Assembly: GCF_001194135.2 (NCBI RefSeq)
Contig: NC_068991.1
Span: 77,896,504-77,960,503, forward strand
Origin: Octopus bimaculoides
Lineage: Eukaryota
Direction: 5' to 3'
Length of the DNA stretch: 64,000 bases
Positions 1 to 13,400 of the stretch are shown here, in pieces. Positions within the stretch are counted from its first letter, which is position 1. The number at the start of each line of letters is the position of its first letter. Position numbers and translations under genes: made by a program. The notes below the pieces were generated by a model that was not told the origin of the DNA, searched no databases, and worked only from the letters and a program-made list of their open reading frames with translations.

Positions 1-1
1 C

Positions 2-208
2 TCTCACTAACCATTCTTCTATCCCAAGTTTCCTCATTGACCACCAGATAAGGGATCGGGGGACCCTGTCAAAGGCTTTCTCCATGTCAACGAAAGCCAG
101 GTACAGAGGTTTATCCTTAGCTAGGTATTTCTCCTGCAACTGTCTCACTAGAAATAAGGCATCAGTAGTGCTTTTACCTGGCACGAACCCAAACTGCATC
201 TCATCTAA

Positions 209-211
<3 letters not shown>
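2..211 (-). mobile_element. RTE-clade non-LTR retrotransposon, reverse transcriptase segment; 5'-truncated at ~211 and continuing out of the window
   Basis: 70 open codons: NLDEMQFGFVPGKSTTDALFLVRQLQEKYLAKDKPLYLAFVDMEKAFDRVPRSLIWWSMRKLGIEEWLVR. Contains the QFGF..G.ST.DA and FVD.EKAFDRV RT motifs. Confidence 0.92.
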
Positions 212-247
<36 letters not shown>

Positions 248-690
248 CATTATAAATTTCACTTTACAACCATATGGTTCCAGGTTCAGTCCCACTGTGG
301 CATCTTGGGCAAGTGTCTTCTACTGTAGTGTTGTGCTAACTAAAGCATTGTCTGTGAATTTAATAAATGGAAACTGTAAAGAAATTTCTTTGTGTTCTTG
401 TCTTGATATTGCACTGTAATTGTAAACAAACCTCACTGTCATATAAGCAGTGTTGTTTTGTTTGTAATCTTCCATAAAAACACATTCATACAAGGAGGAG
501 AATATTATCTTGCTTGGATTCAGATAAAGGTTGGTGACTGGAAGAGCATCTAGTTGTAGAATATCTGTCTCAGCAAATTTCATCTGGCCCTTGCAAGTGA
601 CGCTGATAACACACACATATATATTTGGTTGTGGGAGTGTGTATCTATATCTATACACATTGTTTTTATTATGTTTTTTTATTATTTCAG

Positions 691-765
691 AGTTTGGTAT
701 CCTTAATTTCTCGCTTGGCTTACGACAACATTGGTTACATTGACTGGTCTCCTCACATTCCTCGT
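691..765 (+). CDS. PSME4: PSME4 exon w1 ([25 protein letters not shown])
   Basis: tttcag acceptor, gtaaat donor, 75 nt, phase 0/0; matches [21 protein letters not shown]. Confidence 0.93.
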
Positions 766-1371
766 GTAAATATTCCAAATTGATTTTGTTTTCTCTTAAT
801 TAACAGATTGTAACTTTGTAGCAGATATTGAATGATGATAATGATGTGTACATATATATATATACTTCTATATATATAAACAAGACTGGAAAAGTTTGGT
901 ATATTTTTGATTCCATGTTACATGTATTTCATTTCAAGACAAAGTTATTTAGGTATACATTTAGTAAAAACATGTAGAATCTCCTATCCATAATTCTTCA
1001 GACAGTTGAATCTTTGCCTGAAGAATTAGAGATAAGAGATTCTTTACATGGTTTTTCTACCTTTATAACTTTTATTTTCTGATGAAACACATGGAACATG
1101 GAATTAAAGTTACACAAAACTTATTGCTGTCTTCTGTTTTGTTATGTAATTACTGTGCATATTAAATTCACCAAAAATTTCATTTGCTATGTATATCACA
1201 TTACAAAAAAAACTCCTATGTACATACACAGGGTTAATGAGAACATGCAGATGTCCATTTGTTTTTCCATGTTAGCATGGGGGTCACCAACATTGGACTT
1301 TATCAGACTCTACACACGTAACATGCATGTACATTGAGCACTTCATGTTTTTACATGAAAATGCAAACATG

Positions 1372-1416
<45 letters not shown>

Positions 1417-4400
1417 GATAATATAAAAGGGGATATGGTCCCTTTTTTGAAGCAGAAACACACTTCCACAGTCTTTTCCTTAATGGCATTTCAGTTTTAG
1501 ATTCCTGAGATTATCTCCCATTCTCATTTGGAATTGTTGGTCCACCCTCTTTGAAGATGGATATTATTTCAATAAAACAAGAGTTTTTTTTCCTGTATAT
1601 TATTTAATATACCCTAATTCATCTTTGTTGTTCAAAAACATCCCACTAGCTACTCTATTATTCCTTTCAGCTCATTTTGCTTAATGGTCTCGTCTGTTGT
1701 AGACAACGAACGAAGGTTCTGCAATCCTTTTTGCTCAGCAACCACCTGCAAAGATGATTTATTTATAGCAATCAGATGTTTGTGCTGTGCATTGCTTCAT
1801 TACCTCCATCAAATTGAAATTGCCTGTACAGGTGCTTTGCTGAAGAATGCAATGCACCGCCTGGTCTGGGTATTGAAACCACAATCTTGCAATCACAAGT
1901 GTGATACTTGAAACCCCTTGGCCATATTCAAAATTTCATTGCAGCTAATAATCTTCAAACACCATCTATTCACATATTCACGGTGCAGAATTTGTAAATT
2001 ATCTGTGCATTCACAACATTTAAACAGTTTGAAAATATAAGGACACAGATCGTGTCATACAGCCAGCTGGAGACGATGTCTCCAGGGGCTAAATTACAGC
2101 AACATTCGTCCTAAACCAGGACTGCCATGTTACGTTGGCAAACAATCTTTACTTTAAATAGTTTGCCTGAGGTTTTTCTTTGTGGAGAACTGAAAAATAC
2201 GTTCAGTTATTCCAATTCACCATCGAATAATTTCAATGTCACAATAGCTAAAATAAAACGTTTTTTGTTTTTTTCCCTCTTCCTCTCCTTCAGGTATTTA
2301 CCCGTTTTCTGAAAGGCTTCAACCTCCCAGTCGGTAACTCTAAGAATGCAACTCAATCCAACAACACCGTTGATATTAATGCATATGTTCTATGGATAAT
2401 TTCTATGATTGTAAGTAATGACATTTTCCAGTTCAATACCTCTACCTAGCATTTTGAAACTTCATCATGGGACATCTCTGTTTCTATTACCTTGCTTCTA
2501 TACAGGCTCAGGTGTGGCTCTGTGATAAGAAGTTTGCTTCTCAATTAGATGGTTGTGGGTTCAGTCCCACTATGTGGCACCTTGGGCAAGTATCTTTTTA
2601 CTACAGCCCCAGGCCAATCAAAGGTTTGTGAATGGATTTGGTAAACAGAAACTGAAAGAAGCCTATTATATATGTGTGTGTGTGTGTGTGGTTCTATATG
2701 ATGCTGATGATTTCTGTCAGCCATGGTTGACCATGTACGTGCAATGCTTTATTTTCTTTTACGAGGATGCTTGAGAGTCATCCATACATGCAAATTTCCC
2801 TTTTTCTTGCCACCAATGTTGTGAAAAGAAAAATCACTGCTGGAAACTTACGCAACTTGGTGTTGGCGTTGCCACAGGCATTGCAGTCAGAACTCAAAAC
2901 TGCAAGGGACCCTGTCTAAGGCTCTAACACTTCTTTCCTGGAGCGGTTCTTTATTTTATCAACCCTGAGGAGATCAAAGGCTAAGTTGGGCCTTGATGAG
3001 ATTTGAACTTACAGTGCGGAGAGCCCAAACAAATGCTACAGAACATTCTTTCCAGTGCTACAGATAGAAATCATATTATTTTTACATTTCTTTCTCTTTA
3101 TCTGATATGTATATGTAGGCATAGCCATTGCTGTGTTGCTGAGAAGCTTGCTGCCCAACCCTGTGGTTTCAGGTTCAATCCCACTGTTCTGTACCTGGAC
3201 AAGTGGGCTAATCAAAGCCTTGTGAGTTGATTTGGTTGAAGGAAAGTGAGTGAAAGAAGCCTGTCATATATGTATGTATTTGTGTGTTCATTTGTCTTGA
3301 CATGTTATGCCGGTAGTAAATAAGCATCATTCATTCATTTTCAGTCTGCCATAAGAAGATAACCAGGCGGGGTGGGGGNNNNNNNNNNGGAAGTATCACC
3401 TTGCTTGGAAACAGGTGAAGGTTGGTGACAGGAAGGACGTCCAGCTGTAGAAAATTTGCTTCAAGAAATTCCATCCTGTCCATGCAAGCATGGGAAAATA
3501 GATGATGAATGATGGTGATGATGATGATGGCTGTCCATGCATGCAAATTTCCCTTCTCTATATTGTTGAAAAGAAAGGTTATTGCTTAAGGTCATTAGAA
3601 CTTGGCATCAGTATCTTCAGATATTACTATCTGCAAAGTATCTTGTCGGAATGGGGCTCTTTGACAAGTCCCATCGCCTCAGACCAGAGAGGACCTTCAA
3701 GACGTGACTGTTGGGGTCACTTCATACTTCTCTGAACTCCTCAGCACAGGATGCATTTCAATGTCTTTCCCTGGTTTGGTCAACAATAAAGATGTTGACT
3801 AAGAGTGGTGTGTTTTTTTTATTGGCAGACTACTCCTTCCAAAATACATTGAAGCGTGTGTGTGTGTCTATGCAAGTGGCTTTATGCAAGGTTTCCATTC
3901 ATAATTTTTTTTTTTTCTCTCAACCACAGAACCAGTGCTCTCTTATCTACACTACACCACACTCTTAACTATTGATGCAGCATGTGCTTCAACCTGCTGG
4001 AAATCATTGCTAACGACTACTCTATAATTAATTTCCTTCATTACAGAGAACACAACACTGGTTATTTGGGGATGTTTAAAAGACTTTGTTACAAACTTGT
4101 GTTTGTGACAAGATTCACTGACTGCAAAGGTTAAAACTAATAATTAACTTACTGCACTTTGTTGGTAATAATTAAATGAAATAGTAATTGAGGAAATGCT
4201 GTCTACACACTACACTGTCTACTCAATATATTCCAAATCTATTAGCCTACTCTTATAAATCCTCTTGTATGGTATATGCTATCTGTTTAATGCAGATTTT
4301 GGTGCTGCAGTGGAAACAGGGTTTTCTTTGGAAGGATACAATGCGTCTAGTTTCTGTCAACATTGTTATGATCAGATTTGAGACTAACACTGTCATCTGA

Positions 4401-7400
4401 AGAATTACTTATTGGTTATACAACATTCTTAATGTATACATCTGTGTGTGGACCATTGTTCAGAATTGAGTGCTTTTACTTCAGGCGAATGATTGGTAGT
4501 GTCATATTGTTGGCGGCGAGCTGGCGGAAACGTTCGCACGCCGGGCGAAATGCTTAGCGATATTTTGTCTGCTGTTACGTTCTGAGTTCGAATTCCGCCG
4601 AGGTCGACTTTGCCTTTCATCCTTTCGGGGGGCGATTGAATAAGTACCAGTTACACACTGGGGTCGATGTAATCGACTTAATCCCTTTGTTTGTCCTTGT
4701 TTGTCCCCTCTATGTTTAGCCTCCCTGAGGGCAATAAAGAAATAATTATATTGTTGGATACAATGCTTTGCAATATTTTTTCCAACTCTCTGCATTCTGA
4801 GTTCAAATCTTATCAAGTTCAACTTGTACCTCTCATCCTTTTGGGGCCACTAAATAAAGAACCAGTCCAGAGGTAGTAAACTGGTAGAATTGGTTGAGTA
4901 GCAGATCAGATGCTCTTGTAGTTTCCATTCTGGCTTTGTGCCTTCTGAATTAAAATTTTGTCATTGTCAAGATGGGATGGAGGAGGAGTAGAATAGTGGG
5001 ATGTCTTTTATCGAGATTTGCAACCAATAGTACCAGCAATGGAAAATCTAACAGAAACAGTTTCCTTGGTTCAAGTGACCAGTTGATTTCAACCACACAC
5101 CTCCACCACCATCACCACCATTAGAAATATGGTAGAACAACAAAGACGGGATAATGAACAGACAAAATTTTGGATGGTGTGCTGTTATATTATAAATACG
5201 TTAGTCACTGATGTTAATCTGAATATTATTTAGTGAGGCTTTACAAGCGAACATAAACGATGATGGTGGTGGTTTTATTTCCCTACAATATTTTTGTCTT
5301 TTGCATATCTTCATTGCTATTCCTGTTTGTAATTAATCTTGCTGCATTTTCTTTCTTCCTCAAAGGATAAAAACAACAGCTCAGTGCAAGAACACATTGA
5401 CAAATTGTTCGAGACCTTGAAAACTTTCTATCACCCATCCAATACTGGTCGCTGGAATGTAAGTAACCAATTTCTTACCAATGTTTCATCAATGAACTTG
5501 ATGCAAAATGGAAATGGATCTCTTATTTATTTTATGTAATTGTGTTGGTTAAACCCTCACCAAACTGTCCAATGTTCCCAAACATTCCAACCATCACCAT
5601 CTACTCCTATTACCCATTCTTTTTCTCCTTTTTACAGGGTGTGGTGATTTGAGGGATATTTTGCTGTTATTTCTAGCTGGTGAAATAACCATACAAAAGA
5701 TCCTCCCTTTCATCCTTTTTTCTCATCTTTTAGTTGAGAAAGAAGGTAGTGCCTGTGACAATTTTACAAGGCCTCCAAAACTAGTAGGAAAAAGGAAGGA
5801 AGATGTCCCCAAACTGGGAACATAGCCAGAATGCTTGAAATAAGGGCGGATTCTGCTTTTTGCTTAGGTTGTCTCCTTTGCTACTACATGAAAGCTATTT
5901 TAGTGTTCTGAAGAAGCCCTTGCCCATCCCTTGGGGTATCTTCAGAAATAGAGTTATTTTTATGATGGTTGGTGGACTTTGAGTTACTTAGTATTCAACT
6001 GTCATTGCCTCACCCACAAGGTTGTGGGCCTCAGGAACTTATGAAAATAGCTTTCACCACTGGTTTGTGTTCATAATATATTTGCTATTTATATATTTAA
6101 AAAAAAAATAAATCATATTATTGAATCATTTTGTAAAAGACTAATTCACTCACATCAATGAGATTAATGGCTATAAAATTAATTCATTTCATACACTTAA
6201 TCGTTTTTCATGATAAACTTAAATTACAATTTTGAAAAAATCAGATTTATCATTCCTTCTGATGTATCTAATTTCTGTTTATTTGTTAATTTTATTTTCA
6301 GCTGAAACTATCAAATCTTTTAGTGACATTTCCAAGGTTATTCATCAAACGGTTACACAGGTAATTGTATAAGTTTTCTTGTGTGTTTTTTTTTTAATAT
6401 TTTTATTTGTTGTTATTTTTTGGGTAGGTAGCCAGGGATTTTAGCTCGTTTTGACTCTAACCTTCTCCTTACAAACTTGTGGTATCGTACCACATCAACG
6501 TAAGGAATAAATGCTATTATTGTTTTATTGAAAGATGTACCCGTGAGTTTGCGATCGAAAGCGTTGTCGGCCGGGAGTGTGTGCGGCCTAGGCGGATGAG
6601 AAGGAAGCGATTGGGAGCGAGCAAAAAGAATGCGGACGCCTCGGCGGCGGACTGCCGCCGGCGAGATGGAAAGGCCGACGCTTCTAAAATTCTTGTGCTT
6701 TTCTCAGATAATTTAGAAGTTATTAGTTTGTTTTTTTTATTTCAGAGAAAGAGTAGCACCAAAAAGCTGGAAGACACCAATTCCTAAATCACATAGACTA
6801 ACAGAAGACGACATCACCAAGTTTGTGTTGAGCATCAAACCAGTTGTTTTCATGGCCATGTTTGGCAAGTATGGCATGCACGACGCATCTGTTGCACTAA
6901 AGCACCTTGCATGCTTGCGGCCAGAGATAATTTTACCAGCATTTCTTGAAAGGTAAGTTTCTTGTAATTATCTGCGTAGAAACAGAGTGAATCCTCATCT
7001 TTGAACAATTAGATACTCTACAACATGTTTTGAGTACACTTTCTCCCATTTGTGCATACATATGTATGTATATTGATATCTGTGTCTTAACCCCAATGAG
7101 AATTTCTTATTTGCTGGTGCCACATAAAAAGCACCCAGGCCACTTTATAAAGTGGTTGGCATTTGGAAGGGTATCCAGCCATAAGAACTATGCCAAAGCA
7201 AACAGTGAAGCCTGGTGCAGTCTTCAGGTCTGCCAGCTCCTGTCAAACTGTCCAACTCATGCCAGCATGGAAAGTGGACATTAAATGATGATGATGATGA
7301 TGATGAGTAGCCATCATTGTATATTTGTCCAATCAATCTGTTGTGATGATTTCCATTGTGTAAAGTAGCAACTAGTGAGCACACACACACACACACACAC

Positions 7401-10400
7401 ATATCTAAATACTATTCTCTCCAGTAGTTCAGGTGTAAAATTTTTCACCTGTCGTTTGGAAGACTTGAATTCATTTCAGTGGTACTGCAGTAAATTGATT
7501 CAAACGTTTGTAACAACAGACACCTTCTACTGTGTCATTCTCAAAAATAAAACCTTTGTGCTTTTAGAAAATCACTATTTTTAAGTCTCACAACAAGAGA
7601 TATTCAGCAACAGTACTTTTTAGTAAAGGTTGTTTGCCAACATAACATGGCAGTCCTGGTATAGGACGAATGTTGCTGTAATTTTATATAGCCAGCTGGA
7701 GACGATGTCTCCTGGGGTTAAATAACCGCAACAGTCTTCCTAAACCATGACTGCCATGTTATGGCAAACAATTTTTACTTCTTTGTTGCTTCAGTTTCGT
7801 CAAGAGTCAAATCATTTGTTCTTGCTCAAACTCTAATACTTCTTCCTTTAGTTAATAATTCATCATCATCATCATCATCATCATATGTCTGCTGTCCATG
7901 CTGGCATGGGTTGGACGGTTTGACTAAGGACTGGCAAGCCAGGAGGCTGCACCAGGCTCTAATCCAATTTGGCAAGGTTTCTACAGCTGGATGCCCTTCC
8001 TAACGCCAACCACTCTGAGAGTGTAGTGGGTGCTTTTTACCGGCACAGGAGCCAGTCAGGTGGCACTGGCACCGACCACGCTCAAATGGTACTTTTATGT
8101 GCCACCAGCATGGGTGCCAGTCAGGCAACACTGGCATCGGTCACACTTAAATGGAACTTTTAGATTTCAGTAAAGCACTTCTATTAATTAGTTAGCACCA
8201 CTGGAATGTGATATCATCCAATTAAAGATTTGATCCATAATGTCATCTTAATTCTTAAGATTGACATCATTTGGTGTCTCCAGATGTTTCTGTGGAAGAC
8301 TCCATGTTGATTCATGTTAGAAGTATTCTTAATAATGATATTGAAAGTTGATTCATCATCAGTTTCTCAACACTGTGAAGTCTAAGTATTTTGTGATGCA
8401 TGAATAACCCCCCCCCCNNNNNNNNNNNNNNNNNNNNNNNNNNNNNNCCTCTAAAAAAAATGAGGAATTTTCCTTTTCTCCTTCCAGAATGTACCCTGCC
8501 ATGGAGACATTAACGGAGCCACATCGTCTGATTGCTTGCATGACATGTATTGTCGGTGTATGCCGTCCTATGCTGCAGTCCACTAAATGGTACCCAGAGG
8601 GTCGCCTGCATGTTTTACCATTACTCAACTTATCTCTTCCTGGCATTGATCCAAACGATGTCAAGAAATCTCTGGTAATTATTTGCAACTAATTTTTACT
8701 TTTTCAACCTTTTAAAGTAGTTTTTCTTATTTCTCTTTGAGTGAGTGTTTTGCATATATTTTGGTTCGAAGTAAACTCCTGCCTTTCTTCCTCTCATAGA
8801 CTGAATGAAACTATTCTACTGTTTATCTGGTGTTTTCGTTCCTTGTAACTGTGGGGTTAAGTAGCTTGCTTTGCAGCCACCTGGTTTTGAGGGTCAGTCC
8901 CACTGTGCAGAACCTTGAGCAGGTGTCTTCTACTATTGCTCCAGTTTGGCCAATGCCTTGGGAGTGAATTTGCACAGGCCTGGGCAAGATTTCTCTTTGA
9001 GCAACACTAGCAGAGCCATATATGCGAGCTTCCTCTCTCTTTGCCATTGATGTTCCTCCTGGGTTAAAGCCACCATTTTGGGCCAATACAGAATGGTATT
9101 AGTGTCATGACAGGCACTGCTACCAGAATAAATACCACAAGGCACTTGTCTGACTTTTGTAACAGTTTTGCGATTGTTTCGTGATTTTTTTTTATCAGCC
9201 TTGAAAGGATGAAAGGTAAAGTTGATTTTGACTAGATTTGAACCTAGAATGCCGAGAGTCTGAACAAATACCAGAAAGTGTTCTGCCCAGTGCTATAACG
9301 ACTCTAACAATTCACTGTCTTCATAATTAGATGGAGTGAGCTAAAATCCCAATTAGCAACTGACCATTAGAAAAGATAAATTTTCAATCCGTTAAGAAAG
9401 GACACTCTGTTGCTTCATTGTCTCTTTGTATGTAAACTGCACCCAATGAGAAAGGGACAAGCCTGTTGCCTTTTATAATATTCAGTTCAAGTCTTGCTTT
9501 CCACTTTCATCTCATAGTTGGTGTGTGTGTATGGGTAGTTTGGGAGGGGAGTGATGGAACCTGTACCTGTAATATGCTAGGTTTCTGCTAGTTAATTCTG
9601 TTACTGTCCTACAAAAACTGAGTGCAGAGCTGTGACTGTGTTATTAGGTGCTAAGCTGGTAGAATTATTACCATATTAGGGCAAAATGCTTAACATCCAT
9701 CTTTATGTTGTGAGTTCAAATCCTGCCGAGATTGACTTTGCCTTTCATCCTTTTGGAGTCTATAAACTAGGTACCAGTTGAATACTAGGGTAAATGACTT
9801 ACCGCACCTCACCCCAAATTGCTGGCTTTGTGCCAAAATTCGAAACCATTATTAGGTAAGTGTCACTACTTCTGAATGCCTGTTTTCTTTTCCTGTTTCT
9901 CTTTCAGAATACTTTCATTGCCCCCCTCCCCCCACACTCACACATGTATATAAAGTCATTTTTGGGTTGTTTTGCAGGTGACATTTCAGATGGTTTCCAC
10001 ATTTGTAACTCTGGTCCCTCTAGTCGATTGTTCCAGTGCCATCTATCTTAGAGATGATCTCTCAGAGGTAAGCCCTTTTATTTATTTATTTATATATATA
10101 TGCTCAGTTGAATGAACTTTATTCTTAATACATACCTATTGNNNNNNNNNNNNNNNNNNNNNNNNNNNNNNNNNNNNNNNNNNNNNNNNNNNNNNNNNNN
10201 NNNNNNNNNNNNNNNNNNNNNNNNNNNNNNNNNNNNNNNNNNNNNNNNNNNNNNNNNNNNNNNNNNNNNNNNNNNNNNNNNNNNNNNNNNNNNNNNNNNN
10301 NNNNNNNNNNNNNNNNNNNNNNNNNNNNNNNNNNNNNNNNNNNNNNNNNNNNNNNNNNNNNNNNNNNNNNNNNNNNNNNNNNNNNNNNNNNNNNNNNNNN

Positions 10401-13400
10401 NNNNNNNNNNNNNNNNNNNNNNNNNNNNNNNNNNNNNNNNNNNNNNNNNNNNNNNNNNNNNNNNNNNNNNNNNNNNNNNNNNNNNNNNNNNNNNNNNNNN
10501 NNNNNNNNNNNNNNNNNNNNNNNNNNNNNNNNNNNNNNNNNNNNNNNNNNNNNNNNNNNNNNNNNNNNNNNNNNNNNNNNNNNNNNNNNNNNNNNNNNNN
10601 NNNNNNNNNNNNNNNNNNNNNNNNNNNNNNNNNNNNNNNNNNNNNNNNNNNNNNNNNNNNNNNNNNNNNNAGAGAGAGAGAGAGAGAAAGAGAAATAAAT
10701 AAATTGTGGTAAGAGTAGTTCTACAACTAAATATTTTCACATGGTCCATAGACACAGACGTGGCCATGTTGTCAAGAAGTTTGTTTCGTATTCACGTTGT
10801 TTCAGCTTCACTATGTGGCACTTTTGGACGTGGATGCAAAAGATGATTGACCAATAAGTAGCTCTATAGCAAGCCCCTTCTTCTATCTCAAGTGGCTGTT
10901 TGGTAAGAAGCTTGCTTCCCAACTACATGGTTCTGGGCTCAGTCCCACTGCGTGGAACCTTGGGCAAGCGTCTTCTATTTATAGCCTCAGGCTGACCAAA
11001 GCCTTGTGAGTGGATATGGTAGACGGAAACTGAAAGAAGCCCATCATATATATAGGTATATATTTGTGTCACAATCAATGCTGGTATGCTTATGTCCTTG
11101 TTACTTAGCATTTTGGCAGGAGAGACTGATAGGCTTTGTAAGCCTAGTACTTATTCTAAGTCGTCCTGGGGTCGATTTCCTCAGCTAACACCCTTTTAGG
11201 TGGTGCTAGAAACAGCAGCCAAACCATCCTAATCACTATGGCTCATAAAACTATTTACTTCATCATCTCAATCATTTTAATGTCTCCTTCATTAGTTGTC
11301 AGTACAGATGACCAAGCCAGAAGTTTAGCAGGCAATATGCCAAAGTTGGTCATTTCTGTCCCTTTACTGGTATCTCCATGTGCAATGACCAATTTGGGTT
11401 TTTTTTTTTGTATCATTTTGATGGGGTTTTTTTTTCTTTTCTTTTAGACAGAGAAAGAACTGTGTTCTGCAAGTTCTCAGTTTGAAGACTTTGTGTTACA
11501 GTTCATGTACAAGTAAGTATAATGTCCCAGACCCTATACTTATAACTGTGTACATATGTATATTTTGTGTGTGTGTGTGTGTACTTAAGTGTATTCTGTG
11601 TTGGTGCATTATGTATCTTTATATATGTGTTGTGTGTGTGTGCATCAGTTATGTGCATTCATGTGTTTGTGTGTGAGGTTTTGTGTGTATATATGCATAA
11701 GTATATATATATAGATATATATATATGCACATACCTGAGTATGTTTGATGAATGATGGCACACGTGATTTTCGCCATCGGTACATATTCTTTCATCTGTT
11801 TCAGTCAATTGACTGCAGCCATGCTGGAGCACCACCTTTAGTTGAACACATCAATCCCAGGGCTTATTCTTTGTAAGCTTAGTACTTATTCTATCGGTTT
11901 ATTTTCCCGAACTGCTAAGTTACGGGGACGTAAACACACCAACGTCAATTGTCAAGTGATGATGGGAGGTGGGGATAGGCACACACACGCACACACACAT
12001 ATGACGGGTTTCTTTCGGTTTCGTCTACCAAATCCACACACAAGACTTTGGTTGGCCTGAAGCTATAGTAGAAGAAACTTATCCAAGGTTCCACACAGTG
12101 GGACTGAACCCAGAACCATGTGGTTGATAAACAAGCTACTTACCACACAGCCACTCCTGCGCCTTGATATATTTATAAAATGGCGATAAGGTATTTGTCC
12201 CCTCAATTATAAATCAGTTTGTTAGATGCATTAGAAAGAACCTGTATTGTGCAGCAATGCAGCATCTTTCCAGTGCATCTGCCATGCGTTGGATTCAGTA
12301 CCACTGTGTGGCATGTTGGGAAGGTCTTTTACCATTACCCCAAATCAATCCATGCCTTGAGAATGAGATTGAATAGACAGAAACTGTATGGAAGCCCAAC
12401 AGATGGATTGTTGCTGTAGCCGAAAGGTTCAGCCTTGTCACACTGTATCATGTTAATTATAGCTGAAAGGTAAGTTGATGGTATGTGTGTCTGTGGAATA
12501 CTCAACCACCTCCCAGCTGGTTCGCAAGTTGAAAGAATTAATTTAATGGCAAAGAGAGTGTTGGTAATGATGATGGTAATGCTGGTCATGTTAGTAATGA
12601 GGTTAGCAGCTGTGGTAATGATGACGACGATGATGATGGTGTTAATGATGATGAAGATGAGATTATTGGTGGTGATGATAAAGACGAGGGCTGCAGCTAT
12701 GAGGAAGACTGTAGCATCAGCGGTCATGATGATGCAAGTAGCAGTGGTGGTGGTGGTGGCGGTGGTTCCACTGCATCAAAATAGTATGGTGTGGACAGGG
12801 CATCTGGCTTGTATTCAAAGTGATGATGGTGCGTATATTTCTTGTAAAGTTCTTCATTAAAATTTTTCTTTCAGGAGTTTTTCCCTCATTGAGAACAGTG
12901 CCCAGATAGAATTACACAACCAAAGTAGCACTTCTGACAACAGTTTCAATCCTGAACAATCTTGGTTGGAGATTGGTCTGTCTTCAACTTTTACAGCTAT
13001 TCTACAGCAATGTTCAACACCAATATTTGAGGTGAGTAAGGACTTGACCAAATTTAATCAAATCCACATTAAATAGCTAATTACTGTCGTTTACTGAAAG
13101 AATTCACACAGGGAAAATGTAAATTCTAAATAATCTACCATTAAGCTCTCCATTCTCAGTTTTTTGTTAAACCATGGACACAATATGGCTGAACAGTTAG
13201 GGAACTTGCTTTGCTGTTACGAGGCTATGAGTTCAATCTTACTGTGTGATATCTTGCACTGGTACTGTTTACCTTTATATCTTGTCAACCAAAGACTGAT
13301 GAGTGAAATTGGCTTGATGGATACTGTGTGGAAGCCTTTCAGATTTAGCTTTATCGCACCATGATGTCATCCTGACTCTGCCAGCGGATTATGTTAATGA

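Noticed and set aside
10142-10670. 529-N gap in intron w7 that might hide an exon; long X-filled ORFs in the track
   Set aside because: Exons w7 and w8 join in frame and are contiguous in homology (DDLSE|TEKEL versus NDLTE|VEREL). The ORFs are artefacts of N translation.
12335-12860. 130-aa and 125-aa ORFs on opposite strands
   Set aside because: Products of a degenerate trinucleotide tract lacking stops.
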